Source: a virus. From it: a stretch of DNA of 64,000 nucleotides. The notes under the pieces were generated by a model. That model was given only the letters and a program-made list of their open reading frames with translations. It was not told where the DNA came from and made no database searches. The position numbers were made by a program, and so were the translations under genes. Below are positions 38,416 to 48,280 of this stretch, in pieces. The stretch is taken from the IMG/VR virus record IMGVR_UViG_3300032287_003869, positions 27,810 through 91,809 of that record, one strand, 5' to 3'. The stretch's first letter is position 1. Each line of letters opens with the position of its first letter.

Positions 38416-39549
38416 TTAGTATGCCTTGATGCACTTCATAACAACGGCACTTGGTTGAATGATATTGAAAGGTTCACCCAAGGGTCCGTCATTTAATCCA
38501 TTGTCGGTTCCATCTCCAGTGACATATGTGTTCGATTTCAACGATCCCCCAATTGCGCTTAAAGATAGTGCGCCTCCAGTAGATACTGCATCATAAGAGT
38601 GAGTATGGGATGGGATATTTTCTTTTTGAAGAATTGTATTTTCCGATCCACCAATTGCTCCAACATAGGAACTCAATGTTGTTGTCTCTGTTCCACCAAA
38701 TCCAACTGTTGTTCTTCTTCTAAGGTCTGGAAGATTAAAATCATTTCCGCTTCCTCCCCAAGTATAACCTATTGCGGCAAACAGATCCGGATATTCTGAA
38801 GCTGAAAGAGTGCTTCCATCGCATGTAAGATATCCTGTAGGCGCATTACCTCCAGCAAAATCAATAATTGTCCCAACGGGAACTCCGAAATTTGCATTTA
38901 CGCCCACAAGCAAAGGAGCAAGAACATTTGCCAATGTTTGAAGAGGAATGTCTTCTATATCTCCAGCGGGGCCAAGATTCCCTTTTATAGTATTTCCATT
39001 CATCCCCTCAAGCATTCCGTTTGTAACGGATCTATCAGCAATCTTTAATTTACCGCTTAAATCAAAATCCAATCCACCATCAGTAGCAGTATCAGATAAT
39101 CGAATTTGAGTTCCACTTTTTTCCAATCCACGCCCATATATTAAATTTGAAAAATAATCTGAATTTAAACTGAATTGTTTTACAGAAATGGCACTTGTTT
39201 CATTTAATGTCGTTGTAACATTATCCGCTGTAAAATTCCTTGTAATTCTGGCATAAGACGCCAAATTGGCTGGAGTCGATCCTGTCAATGCAAAGAGATT
39301 GTTAGTTGTTCTATCGAAAACAAGATCGCCTCGATATGCATACGTAATGCCTGTAGATCCGGTATTTACATCAAATGTAGCAAATCCTAAAAATTTATTG
39401 GAAACCAACACTCCACCTTCTGTGACGCCATCCCCAACGAACATTCTTTTAAAATTGGTAATATATAAAGGCTCACCAACAGAATACACAACATCCCCTC
39501 TATCGTTCTCAACACCTTGTCTTAATATGATCTTTGTAAAATCGGGCAT
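38416..39549 (-). CDS. Tail fibre/baseplate protein with tail-collar domain
   Basis: N-terminal IILRQG...GEP...FVGDG.T.GG; C-terminal PVGTIIDFAG...GYLTCDGS...FNLPDLR. Confidence 0.85.
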   Translation of the reverse strand: MPDFTKIILRQGVENDRGDVVYSVGEPLYITNFKRMFVGDGVTEGGVLVSNKFLGFATFDVNTGSTGITYAYRGDLVFDRTTNNLFALTGSTPANLASYARITRNFTADNVTTTLNETSAISVKQFSLNSDYFSNLIYGRGLEKSGTQIRLSDTATDGGLDFDLSGKLKIADRSVTNGMLEGMNGNTIKGNLGPAGDIEDIPLQTLANVLAPLLVGVNANFGVPVGTIIDFAGGNAPTGYLTCDGSTLSASEYPDLFAAIGYTWGGSGNDFNLPDLRRRTTVGFGGTETTTLSSYVGAIGGSENTILQKENIPSHTHSYDAVSTGGALSLSAIGGSLKSNTYVTGDGTDNGLNDGPLGEPFNIIQPSAVVMKCIKAY

Positions 39550-39581
39550 GGAATTATTTAGAGGCGGCGTTAAATAATTTC

Positions 39582-39806
39582 GTGAAAAATGTAATTTATG
39601 CCGTGATTGTGGATGGCCAAAACTTGAAATGTATAGATACGTCTAACGGATCGACCCTTGGCGGTACAAATATTATAGGGGAGGTTGTTTCGGGACCAAT
39701 TGTGACAGATGACAGATGCACTGTAGTTTTCAAAAACCACATGGGAAGAAAGGGAACAGTATACAAACTTCCACATTTTTCCGTAGTTTCAGGATTTGAT
39801 GCTTGA
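39582..39806 (+). CDS. Small late hypothetical protein
   Basis: TAAATA 5 nt before GTG. Confidence 0.6.
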   Translation: MKNVIYAVIVDGQNLKCIDTSNGSTLGGTNIIGEVVSGPIVTDDRCTVVFKNHMGRKGTVYKLPHFSVVSGFDA

Positions 39807-39836
39807 TAATTTTGGTTCTCTTTGTATCATGGTTTC

Positions 39837-40304
39837 ATGATTCAAGAATTTAATCTTTATCAAAAACTGCCAATACTCTCCTACGAAGCATTAGACTCTC
39901 CAAAGGTTTTTATTGGATGTTGCATCAAGAGCCAATATGATGAAGAAAGAATTCACATTGAATATAAATTTGAACCTAAAAGAATAGATCACTGTGGAAG
40001 ATATTTGTATGGGATCCTAATAGAACCTTTTGGAAAATATGAGGACTCTCTTAAAGAGTTCTATAAAATTAAATCAATTGATTTATATTCTTATAACAAG
40101 ACTTTAATAGAAAATAATCTCTCATGTGAAGAAAATTTCTCATATTTGGAAGACGGACTGTATCCCGTTGACCCGAAATACATTCAAGACTTCATTCCAA
40201 ACTTCAAATATGATTCTTTCTTCTCAGAAGAAGAGGAAAGTCCTATATATCAAAGAATTAAATGTGTTAATCTGTTTCTGTTGAAACCCAATTTTGATTA
40301 TTGA
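39837..40304 (+). CDS. Hypothetical early protein
   Basis: TTGATA-N16-TATCAT, 6 nt before ATG 39837 (start reassigned). Confidence 0.6.
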   Translation: MIQEFNLYQKLPILSYEALDSPKVFIGCCIKSQYDEERIHIEYKFEPKRIDHCGRYLYGILIEPFGKYEDSLKEFYKIKSIDLYSYNKTLIENNLSCEENFSYLEDGLYPVDPKYIQDFIPNFKYDSFFSEEEESPIYQRIKCVNLFLLKPNFDY

Positions 40305-40340
40305 TTTCGTTCTAAATACTCCAACCAATAGGCAGATTTA

Positions 40341-41063
40341 ATGGACAATTTTCAACCAAAAAGAATACTCACAAAGACATTTTACCAATATGTCGAAGAA
40401 AGATCTCTTTTAAGAGAAGGATTGATCGTGTCCTATAGTAAAGATAGATTGAAATCTAATTTGTTTTCAGAATTTAAAAAAAACATAAAATATGTGGAAG
40501 ATGTTCCAATCTACAAATCCGATAAAAAAACAAAATTTGGAACTCCAAATACTCTGACATTCATTATAAAAAATCTAGAAGATTTTGATAAAGATGAATT
40601 TTTGAAAAGAATCGATGCCTATGGATATTTTTTGATAAAAAATGAAAAATACGATGACGATAAAGAGATTTTTCAAATTGAACCGAAATATCCTATAGAG
40701 ATAGAAAAAAACGAATTTGAAGGAAATCGAATTTTTCATGTAACCGACAAGAAAAATCTAGAAAAAATAAAGAAAATTGGATTGGTTGCTAAAGATAGCA
40801 CCACCGCATTTTCACACCCGAATAATAGAATTTATTTTTTTGCAACAAATGATCCTGAAAAATACATTCCAAGATTAAAGGATATTATATCTAAAGGTAA
40901 AAGAGATTTGGGTGATTATATTGTATTTGAACTTTCAGTGAATGATTTGCCAAGGGAAGATGTTTATTTGGACGAATCATTTGAGCAAAATTTTGGAAAT
41001 TATTTTGCATTTTTCGTATTGGATGCTATCGCACCATACAAACTTAAACTCACAAACTTTTAG
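40341..41063 (+). CDS. Protein with ADP-ribosyltransferase/Tpt1-like C-terminal domain
   Basis: IFHVTDKKNLEKIKKIGLV...RIYFF; KTFYQYVEE..LLRE N-terminus. Confidence 0.55.
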   Translation: MDNFQPKRILTKTFYQYVEERSLLREGLIVSYSKDRLKSNLFSEFKKNIKYVEDVPIYKSDKKTKFGTPNTLTFIIKNLEDFDKDEFLKRIDAYGYFLIKNEKYDDDKEIFQIEPKYPIEIEKNEFEGNRIFHVTDKKNLEKIKKIGLVAKDSTTAFSHPNNRIYFFATNDPEKYIPRLKDIISKGKRDLGDYIVFELSVNDLPREDVYLDESFEQNFGNYFAFFVLDAIAPYKLKLTNF

Positions 41064-41075
41064 AAAAATAATATT

Positions 41076-43343
41076 ATGGAAAAAGAAATTCAGGTTATAA
41101 AAAGATCAGGGGATAAAGAAAAATTTAACATCGATAAAATTAATCAAATGGTACAATGGGCTGTTGATGGAATTAAAGATGTAAATTTGACTGATATTGA
41201 AATAAATGCAAAATTGAATATCAGGGATGGTGTTACCACGGAAGAAATACATCAAGTTCTTATCGAATCTGCTGCAAATTTAATATCTTTGGATACTCCA
41301 AATTACCAATATGTTGCTAGTAGATTGTTAACATATCAACTTAGAAAAAATGTATGGGGAGGCAAAAATCCTCCTAAATTAATAGACCATATAAAAAGGA
41401 ACATCGCATCTGGAGTTTATACTCAAGAAATATTGGAAATGTATTCTGAGCAGGAAATAAACAAAATGGATGAATTTATAGATCATGATCGTGATTTTAT
41501 TTTTACCTATGCTGGAATCAAGCAATTAATTGACAAATACTTGGTTCAGAATAGAAAAACAAAAGAGATTCATGAAACCCCGCAGTTTGCATATATTTTG
41601 ATAGCTGCCATTATTTTTGCGAAATATCCAAAAGATAAAAGAATGGATTATATTAAAAAAGCATACAATTATTATAGCAAACATAAAATAAATCTTCCAA
41701 CTCCAATCATGGCTGGAGTGAGAACCAATTTGAAAAGCTTTGCATCCTGTTTGTTGACCGAAGTTGGGGATTCGATGGAATCGATTTTAGCGAACGTTTC
41801 AGTTATAGGTCACGCTACATCAAAAAGATACGGTATAGGTTTTAATTTTTCACATATTAGGGCATTGGGTTCTCCGATTAGAAACGGTGACGTTATACAT
41901 ACTGGTAAAATTCCGTTTTTAAAGGTTTTTGAATCCACAGTCAAAAGTTGCCACCAAAACGGAATTCGAGGAGGATCTGCAACGACCACTGTTTTTATTT
42001 TTGATTATGAAATTGAAGATATCGTTGTTTTAAAAAATAATGCGGGAACGGAAGAAAACAGGGTCAGAAAGCTCGATTATTCTATTGGAATTTCAAAATT
42101 GTTTTATCAAAGATGGTTGAATAATGAAAATATCACTTTATTTTCATCCCACGAATGTCCTGATTTGTTTAAAAGCTATGGGACAGAAAAATTCGATGAA
42201 TTATATTTGAAATACGAAAAAGATAAAAATATAAAATTCAAAAAAACAATATCTGCTAGAAGTCTTTTCGACTTGATCACAAAAGAAAGAATTGAGACTG
42301 GACGAATCTACATATTAAACATAGACAATGTCAACTCACATTCTTCTTGGTGTAACACTGTTCAAATGAGCAACCTTTGCCAAGAAATTTTACATCCAGT
42401 TATTGCTCCAAAATCTTTAAGCGATAAAGATGCCGAAATAGGAATTTGTATTTTAGCCGCTATAAATTGGTTTGAAATTTCATCAGACTCCGAATTTGAA
42501 AAAGTATGCGATATAACGGTTAGAATGTTGGATGAAATCATCGATTATCAAGAATATTTCTGCCCAGCCGCATCAAATTTTGCAGAAAAAAGAAGAAGCC
42601 TTGGAATTGGGGTAACAAATTTAGCTGCAGTTTTGGCTAAAAATAATTTAAAATATGAAGATAAAGATGCTCCTAACTTTGTAGCGGATTTGATGGAAAA
42701 ACAACAATATTTTCTTTTGAAATCAAGCATTGAACTTGCTAAAGAAAAAGGAAAATGTGAAAAATTTGAAGAAACCACTTATTCAAAAGGAAAACTTCCA
42801 ATTGATCATTATAAAAAAGAAAAAGTCGATACGATAGTCACAACACCATTAAAACTGGATTGGGAATTTTTGAGAAAAGATATCATGCAATTTGGTTTGA
42901 GGCATTCGACCTTAACGGCTTGTATGCCATGTGAAAGCTCTTCAGTCATTCAGAATAGCACAAATGGAATTGAGCCAATTAGAAGTTTAATAATTTATAA
43001 AAAGTCCAAAGCATCCACTGTTCCAGTGATTGCTCCAAATGCATCTAGTTGGAAAAACAGATACACTTTAGCTTTTGATATGAAAGACAATATCGGCTAT
43101 CTAAATGTTATCGCCGCTATTCAGAAATTTACAGACATGGCTATATCTGTCAATATGTATTATGATTACTCTCAATATGAAAATAAGATGATACCTCATT
43201 CCAAAGTCATTAAAGAAATGATGTATCATTATAGCGTTGGGGGGAAGACGATATATTATACAAACACTACGGATAATGACAAAGAGCAATTATTGGATGT
43301 TGAAAAAGAATCCGATTGCTCAAGCGGAGCTTGCACAATTTAA
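41076..43343 (+). CDS. nrdA: Ribonucleotide reductase class Ia alpha subunit
   Basis: ATP cone (VIKRSG), PTPIMAG, SNLCQEI, TIYY, C-terminal CSSGAC. Confidence 0.97.
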   Translation: MEKEIQVIKRSGDKEKFNIDKINQMVQWAVDGIKDVNLTDIEINAKLNIRDGVTTEEIHQVLIESAANLISLDTPNYQYVASRLLTYQLRKNVWGGKNPPKLIDHIKRNIASGVYTQEILEMYSEQEINKMDEFIDHDRDFIFTYAGIKQLIDKYLVQNRKTKEIHETPQFAYILIAAIIFAKYPKDKRMDYIKKAYNYYSKHKINLPTPIMAGVRTNLKSFASCLLTEVGDSMESILANVSVIGHATSKRYGIGFNFSHIRALGSPIRNGDVIHTGKIPFLKVFESTVKSCHQNGIRGGSATTTVFIFDYEIEDIVVLKNNAGTEENRVRKLDYSIGISKLFYQRWLNNENITLFSSHECPDLFKSYGTEKFDELYLKYEKDKNIKFKKTISARSLFDLITKERIETGRIYILNIDNVNSHSSWCNTVQMSNLCQEILHPVIAPKSLSDKDAEIGICILAAINWFEISSDSEFEKVCDITVRMLDEIIDYQEYFCPAASNFAEKRRSLGIGVTNLAAVLAKNNLKYEDKDAPNFVADLMEKQQYFLLKSSIELAKEKGKCEKFEETTYSKGKLPIDHYKKEKVDTIVTTPLKLDWEFLRKDIMQFGLRHSTLTACMPCESSSVIQNSTNGIEPIRSLIIYKKSKASTVPVIAPNASSWKNRYTLAFDMKDNIGYLNVIAAIQKFTDMAISVNMYYDYSQYENKMIPHSKVIKEMMYHYSVGGKTIYYTNTTDNDKEQLLDVEKESDCSSGACTI

Positions 43344-43353
43344 ATTAAAAAAA

Positions 43354-44421
43354 ATGAAAACAGTATTAAATGAAAATATAACAAATCCATTAAAAGAACC
43401 TCTTTTTTTGGGGCAAAGTCTCGGCCTTCAAAGATATGATCTTTTAAAATACCCTATTTTTGATGAATTATATTTAAAACAAGACGAGTTTCATTGGAGA
43501 CCTGAAGAGGTTAGCTTAATAAAAGATAAAAATGATTATCAAGAATTAACAGAAGCTGAAAAGTTTGTTTTTGATAGCAATATAAAATTTCAAACATTGG
43601 GAGACAGTATGCTGAGTAGAAGTATACTGTCTCTTAGAGAATTTGTCACTAATTCAGAATTGGAAGCCTGTATGACTAAGTGGGCCGATTTCGAAGTGAT
43701 TCATTCTAGAAGCTATTCTTGGGTGTTTAGAAATCTTTTTGCAAGCCCTCAAGAATTTTTTGATTCAATTTATGCAGACGAAGAAATCATGAAAAGAAAA
43801 GAACTTATAAAATCAAGTTATGATTCTTTACTTGGATTGGATGAAGAATCAGATGATGTTAAGGATAGAATTTTTAAAGCAATTCTATCTACAAATGTCA
43901 TGGAGGGGCTTGTTTTTTATGTATCTTTTGCATGTTCTTTTTATTTTGGATATAGGGGGAAAATGGAAGGAAATGCTAAAATAATAAAATTGATTCAAAG
44001 AGACGAGGCTCAACACTTTGCTATTACTCAAAATTTAATAAAAATATTAAGAGATAAAGAAGAAGAAGGTTTTAAAGATGTTGTTAAAAAATACGAATCT
44101 TTAATATACGATGTTTATCAGAAAGCCACAGAAAATGAAATAGAATGGTCGAAGTATTTATTTTCAAAAGGAAGTCTTCTCGGATTGAATGAAGAATCTT
44201 TAACAGGATATTGTAAATGGCTTTGCGACAATAGACTGAGATCTTTAGGTTACAAGAAAATATACAATCAAAAAGAAAATCCAATATCGGGATGGTTAGA
44301 CTCTTACATGGATTCTAGTAAAGTCCAAGTCGCCCCCCAAGAAACTGAAATATCATCCTATAAAATAGGAGCAAGAAACACAGATATTAATGAAAATGAT
44401 TTTGAAGGATTTAGTTTGTAA
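43354..44421 (+). CDS. nrdB: Ribonucleotide reductase class Ia beta subunit
   Basis: WRPEEV, QTLGDS, FEVIHSRSY, NVMEG, RDEAQH, QVAPQETE; start reassigned to 43354. Confidence 0.96.
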   Translation: MKTVLNENITNPLKEPLFLGQSLGLQRYDLLKYPIFDELYLKQDEFHWRPEEVSLIKDKNDYQELTEAEKFVFDSNIKFQTLGDSMLSRSILSLREFVTNSELEACMTKWADFEVIHSRSYSWVFRNLFASPQEFFDSIYADEEIMKRKELIKSSYDSLLGLDEESDDVKDRIFKAILSTNVMEGLVFYVSFACSFYFGYRGKMEGNAKIIKLIQRDEAQHFAITQNLIKILRDKEEEGFKDVVKKYESLIYDVYQKATENEIEWSKYLFSKGSLLGLNEESLTGYCKWLCDNRLRSLGYKKIYNQKENPISGWLDSYMDSSKVQVAPQETEISSYKIGARNTDINENDFEGFSL

Positions 44422-45206
44422 TGAGTGAAAAATTAACATTAAATGATTTTATAGATAAGTCTAATAAAACGCACAATAGCTTTTACGATTACAGTTGTTC
44501 TAATTATAATAATTACCATGAGAAAATTAAGATAAAGTGTCCAATACATGGTTTTTTTGAACAAAGAGCTAAACACCACATAGCTGGACGTGGATGTAGA
44601 AAATGCGCTAATGTGGTAGTTAAAAATAAATTGACATTTTGGAATGAAGAGAGGGATTCTTTTTTGAAAGAAAATTTCGAAAAAATGTCTTATTCTAAAA
44701 TTGCAAAAAAATTAAATTGTTGTAAAAATACCGTATATAATAGAAAGAGAGAGTTATCTTTGAAGAGAACTCCAAAACCCTCTCACAAATATATACCAAC
44801 TTATTTGTTTCGTAGTTTAAAAAAAGGAGCATTTGATAGAAATTTTTGTTTTGAAATCAACGAAGATGATATTTGGAAATTATATAAAAAGCAAAAAGGA
44901 AAATGTGCTTTGAGTGGATGTGATGTTTTTTTCTCTAAAGAACAAAAAGAAACTACAGCATCCGTCGATAGAATTGATTCAAAAAAAGGATACACGTTGG
45001 ACAATATTCAAATTGTGCATAAAAAAATAAACGTATTAAAAATGGCGTTTCCTGAAGATATTTTCATCTCAATGTGTACAAAAATTGCTGAAAATTTCAA
45101 AAATAAAAATAATAAAAGAAAAATATCGCATTGGGAAATGGATATAATGAATGATAGAGAATATCCGGTATATTCCGATGAATGCTTGCAACCGAATCCT
45201 TTTTGA
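44421..45206 (+). CDS. HNH-like putative homing endonuclease with N-terminal zinc ribbon
   Basis: IKCPIHG.F.Q...H..GRGCRKC; GKCALSG; SVDRIDSKKGYTLDNIQIVH. Confidence 0.8.
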   Translation: MSEKLTLNDFIDKSNKTHNSFYDYSCSNYNNYHEKIKIKCPIHGFFEQRAKHHIAGRGCRKCANVVVKNKLTFWNEERDSFLKENFEKMSYSKIAKKLNCCKNTVYNRKRELSLKRTPKPSHKYIPTYLFRSLKKGAFDRNFCFEINEDDIWKLYKKQKGKCALSGCDVFFSKEQKETTASVDRIDSKKGYTLDNIQIVHKKINVLKMAFPEDIFISMCTKIAENFKNKNNKRKISHWEMDIMNDREYPVYSDECLQPNPF

Positions 45207-45215
45207 TTATTAAAA

Positions 45216-45890
45216 GTGAATCTTGACGAAAAGCACATTTCAAAACTATATGAATCCATTTCAACATTGGATTTTCTAAACTCCACACTTTCAGAAGACT
45301 CCTTCAATTGGGATTCTTTCTTCAAAGAAGCGAGTTATCACAACACATTTTCCACATTTTTGGAAAGTTTTCAATTGGTTGATTCCATAGAAAACAAAAA
45401 CGAAAAAATTGAAAAATACGAAATCATCACATCCAGAAACAAAAAATTCAATTTGTTCATAAATTATCAAGGAAAAAATAAAAGTGATTTGTTTCTGATG
45501 GCTAATATTAGAAGACATGAAGTGAAAAACAATCCTGAACTTTTGGAATATTTTCAAAATCTCAAAAACAATTTGAAAGAAGATGGAATTCTGTGTTTTG
45601 TTCGTTTTGAAGATGAGGAGAAAAGAACCAATTTAACGGGAGAGGTTGGCGCAACGGCATTTGAAGTTTTTTCCTCATTGAAAAATGCAGTGTTGTCCAG
45701 CATGTCGGAAAACATGGATTTGATTAGAAAAACAGAAGCAATTATCATGTTAGTTGATAAAAAAGAAGAAGATAGAAGAATTTCACTATATAGCAGAATG
45801 CTCAATAGGGAAACTCATTTTTTTCCAAATGTTAAAATAGATAGAGAATCTGATCCAGAATTCACATATGTAATTGGCACTAAATATTAG
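45216..45890 (+). CDS. Hypothetical protein
   Basis: MNLDEKHISKLYES N-terminus resembles the cargo motif. Confidence 0.6.
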   Translation: MNLDEKHISKLYESISTLDFLNSTLSEDSFNWDSFFKEASYHNTFSTFLESFQLVDSIENKNEKIEKYEIITSRNKKFNLFINYQGKNKSDLFLMANIRRHEVKNNPELLEYFQNLKNNLKEDGILCFVRFEDEEKRTNLTGEVGATAFEVFSSLKNAVLSSMSENMDLIRKTEAIIMLVDKKEEDRRISLYSRMLNRETHFFPNVKIDRESDPEFTYVIGTKY

Positions 45891-45893
45891 AAC

Positions 45894-47135
45894 ATGCCAG
45901 TTCTAATAGATAACAAGCAAGAAGATGATTCCCTATATCCAACATTGTTTGGATTTCCAACAAAAAACGGATTCGCATCAAAGTCCCTAAACTTCATTTA
46001 TGTCGTTGTTATGATTGTTGCAACGGCATTTGCATTCCATGCATTGAGTTTGATTCTTCCAGACTGGAATACTGGACTAATATTTCTTGCTGCTCTATCG
46101 GTTGTCGGTCTGCCCTATTGTATTAAAATCATAATGTATGGAAGAGAAGTGTTTGAATATAAAATGGCAGTATTATGTATTCTCATAAGCCTTCTACCTA
46201 CAATATTTGATTTTATAGGCTTCTATTCAGAAACAAGCATCAGGCAATCCTTGATGTCTAAAAAGTTTGAGGTATTAGAAATAGTTAATTATTTCGACAA
46301 AGAAGCTAGACAGAGTTTAAATGCGCAATTACTTGAATTGGATAAAGATTTTGCCAACAAAACATCCCAACAAGAACAATTATTAAATTCCGGAATTAAA
46401 AAAATAGATGATCAATTAAACATATCACAGACCCAAATCGAACAAAAATCCAACAATTTTCAAAAACAAATTAACACTAGAGTAAATTCAGCAAAACAGG
46501 CTATATTAGATGAAACTCAAGGAGTCAGAGGAAAATCAACATCTGGTGTTGCAGGAAGTGGTCCAAGAGCACTTGAACTTCAGGCCGATCTAAGGAAAGA
46601 AGAAGCATCAGTTGAATTGGAAAAAAAAGAATTTGATACAAATAAACAAAAAGAAATAGAAAAAATATTATTATCATCTGAACTAGAAAAAAACACATTA
46701 AGACAAAATCACGAAAAAGAATTGGAAAAAATTAAAAAAGAATATGAATCAAAAAAACAATCCTTCAATGAAGGGATTGGGGCAATAGATGCATTAATGG
46801 GAGAAAAGGGTTTGATATTCGATGTTAATAAAGCAAAAAGCTTTACAGAATTGGCTGATACATCTGTAAAGTTAAACAATTCAATAAACATCGTATCATC
46901 CAAATTGAATGTGGAACCGAAATATGTAAAATTCGAATCGGACAATGTAATTCAACTTTCTTTCGGGGCATTATTAAAAGGGGAGATTACAGCAATCATT
47001 TGTTTTCTTCTTGCCATTCTTTTGGAAATCGTTGATACAATAATAGTTTATATGGTGAGAGGCACTAGACCTGATAATAAAAAAAGAAAATATGAAGAAC
47101 CTGTATCCAAATTGAGAGAAAGAATATACTATTGA
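45894..47135 (+). CDS. Membrane-anchored coiled-coil protein (DUF4407-like)
   Basis: Three N-terminal TM segments, long coiled coil with DETQG...G.GPRA, C-terminal TM. Confidence 0.7.
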   Translation: MPVLIDNKQEDDSLYPTLFGFPTKNGFASKSLNFIYVVVMIVATAFAFHALSLILPDWNTGLIFLAALSVVGLPYCIKIIMYGREVFEYKMAVLCILISLLPTIFDFIGFYSETSIRQSLMSKKFEVLEIVNYFDKEARQSLNAQLLELDKDFANKTSQQEQLLNSGIKKIDDQLNISQTQIEQKSNNFQKQINTRVNSAKQAILDETQGVRGKSTSGVAGSGPRALELQADLRKEEASVELEKKEFDTNKQKEIEKILLSSELEKNTLRQNHEKELEKIKKEYESKKQSFNEGIGAIDALMGEKGLIFDVNKAKSFTELADTSVKLNNSINIVSSKLNVEPKYVKFESDNVIQLSFGALLKGEITAIICFLLAILLEIVDTIIVYMVRGTRPDNKKRKYEEPVSKLRERIYY

Positions 47136-47159
47136 CAAGTTGATCATTGCTGTTAAGAT
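47132..47159 (+). promoter_or_regulatory. Sigma70-type promoter TTGACA-N16-TAAGAT (extended -10 TG)
   Basis: Direct sequence. Confidence 0.7.
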
Positions 47160-47173
47160 AGCTTCAATCATTT

Positions 47174-48250
47174 ATGATTAACAATAAAAACCTAGCCGAT
47201 TCGAAGGAAAAAGCCCTTAGAATGAAATCAAAAGGATACTCTGTTGCTGAAACAGCCAATGTGTTAAACCTCCCAAAATCGACAGTTTGGGATTGGTTCA
47301 ATGATCGAAAAAGAAACTCCGATTTTCCTATTGCTAGGAAGAATGAAAACCTCTCTTTCCAAAGAGAAAAATTGGATAAAAAGAATTTTGATGTGCAAGA
47401 GTTCATTTCTCAACTTGCTCCTATAAATTTAAAAGCCCCCAAGCTCAATATTGTGAGTGAGGATTCGTTCAACGATTATGTTGTCATCATGAATGACATG
47501 CACTTTCCCCTGCACTGTCAAAAATCAATAGACATTGCATTTTCTGTAATCGCGGAGCTTAATCCCAAATCAATCATTTTAAATGGCGATTCTTTGGACA
47601 TGCTGGCAATTTCCAGATATCCCAAGGATATTAGAAAACAATTTTCCTTGCTGGATGAAAGAATTGAATACCATAAATTTCTACACTCTTTGATTGAAGT
47701 GTCAGGTGGTGCTCAAATTGTGGAAGTTCATGGAAACCATAGTGGAGACTCAACTGGTGGTCGTTGGTGGCGTTATTTGAGCGAAAGAATCGGAGAACTT
47801 ATTTGTTTGCCAGAAATGGAACAAACATTGAGTTATGATAATATTTTCCTCGGAGACTTCAGGAAACACATTTCAACTGCCGATTATGTTGAAGTTAATG
47901 ATGATCTTGTTGTTTTACACGGTGATGTTGTTAGAAAACACGGTGGATTCTCAGCAAGGGGAACCTTGGAAAAATATTATCAATCCACCATCATGGGACA
48001 CACCCATCGTGTCGGATTCACTGCCCAGAGGATTCCATCAATTGGAAAACGTAAAGATAAACAGATTTATGCGTATGAAATGGGCTGTCTCTGCAAAATA
48101 TCCGCGCTGTATTGCAGCACCCCAAACTGGCAAAATGCATTTGGAATTGTGAGCCTTAGCCAAGATGACAATTCTTTCGGAGTTGAGACAGTGATGATTA
48201 ATAATGGAGTTGCCAATGTCTCAACTTTGGGTAAAACGATATACGCTTGA
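47174..48250 (+). CDS. HTH-fused calcineurin-like metallophosphoesterase
   Basis: GYSVAETANVLNLPKSTVWDW HTH; NDMH, NGDSLD, GNH, HGD, GHTHR. Confidence 0.85.
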   Translation: MINNKNLADSKEKALRMKSKGYSVAETANVLNLPKSTVWDWFNDRKRNSDFPIARKNENLSFQREKLDKKNFDVQEFISQLAPINLKAPKLNIVSEDSFNDYVVIMNDMHFPLHCQKSIDIAFSVIAELNPKSIILNGDSLDMLAISRYPKDIRKQFSLLDERIEYHKFLHSLIEVSGGAQIVEVHGNHSGDSTGGRWWRYLSERIGELICLPEMEQTLSYDNIFLGDFRKHISTADYVEVNDDLVVLHGDVVRKHGGFSARGTLEKYYQSTIMGHTHRVGFTAQRIPSIGKRKDKQIYAYEMGCLCKISALYCSTPNWQNAFGIVSLSQDDNSFGVETVMINNGVANVSTLGKTIYA

Positions 48251-48280
48251 TATTATCTCTAAAAATGATAATTATTATGC

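Noticed and set aside
39556-39581. Inverted repeat between divergent genes as a hairpin or operator
   Set aside because: It is explained by two back-to-back TAAATAATT late promoters.
43237-43353. N-terminal extension of NrdB in the ORF track
   Set aside because: It overlaps the nrdA 3' end; ATG 43354 gives a normal NrdB start.
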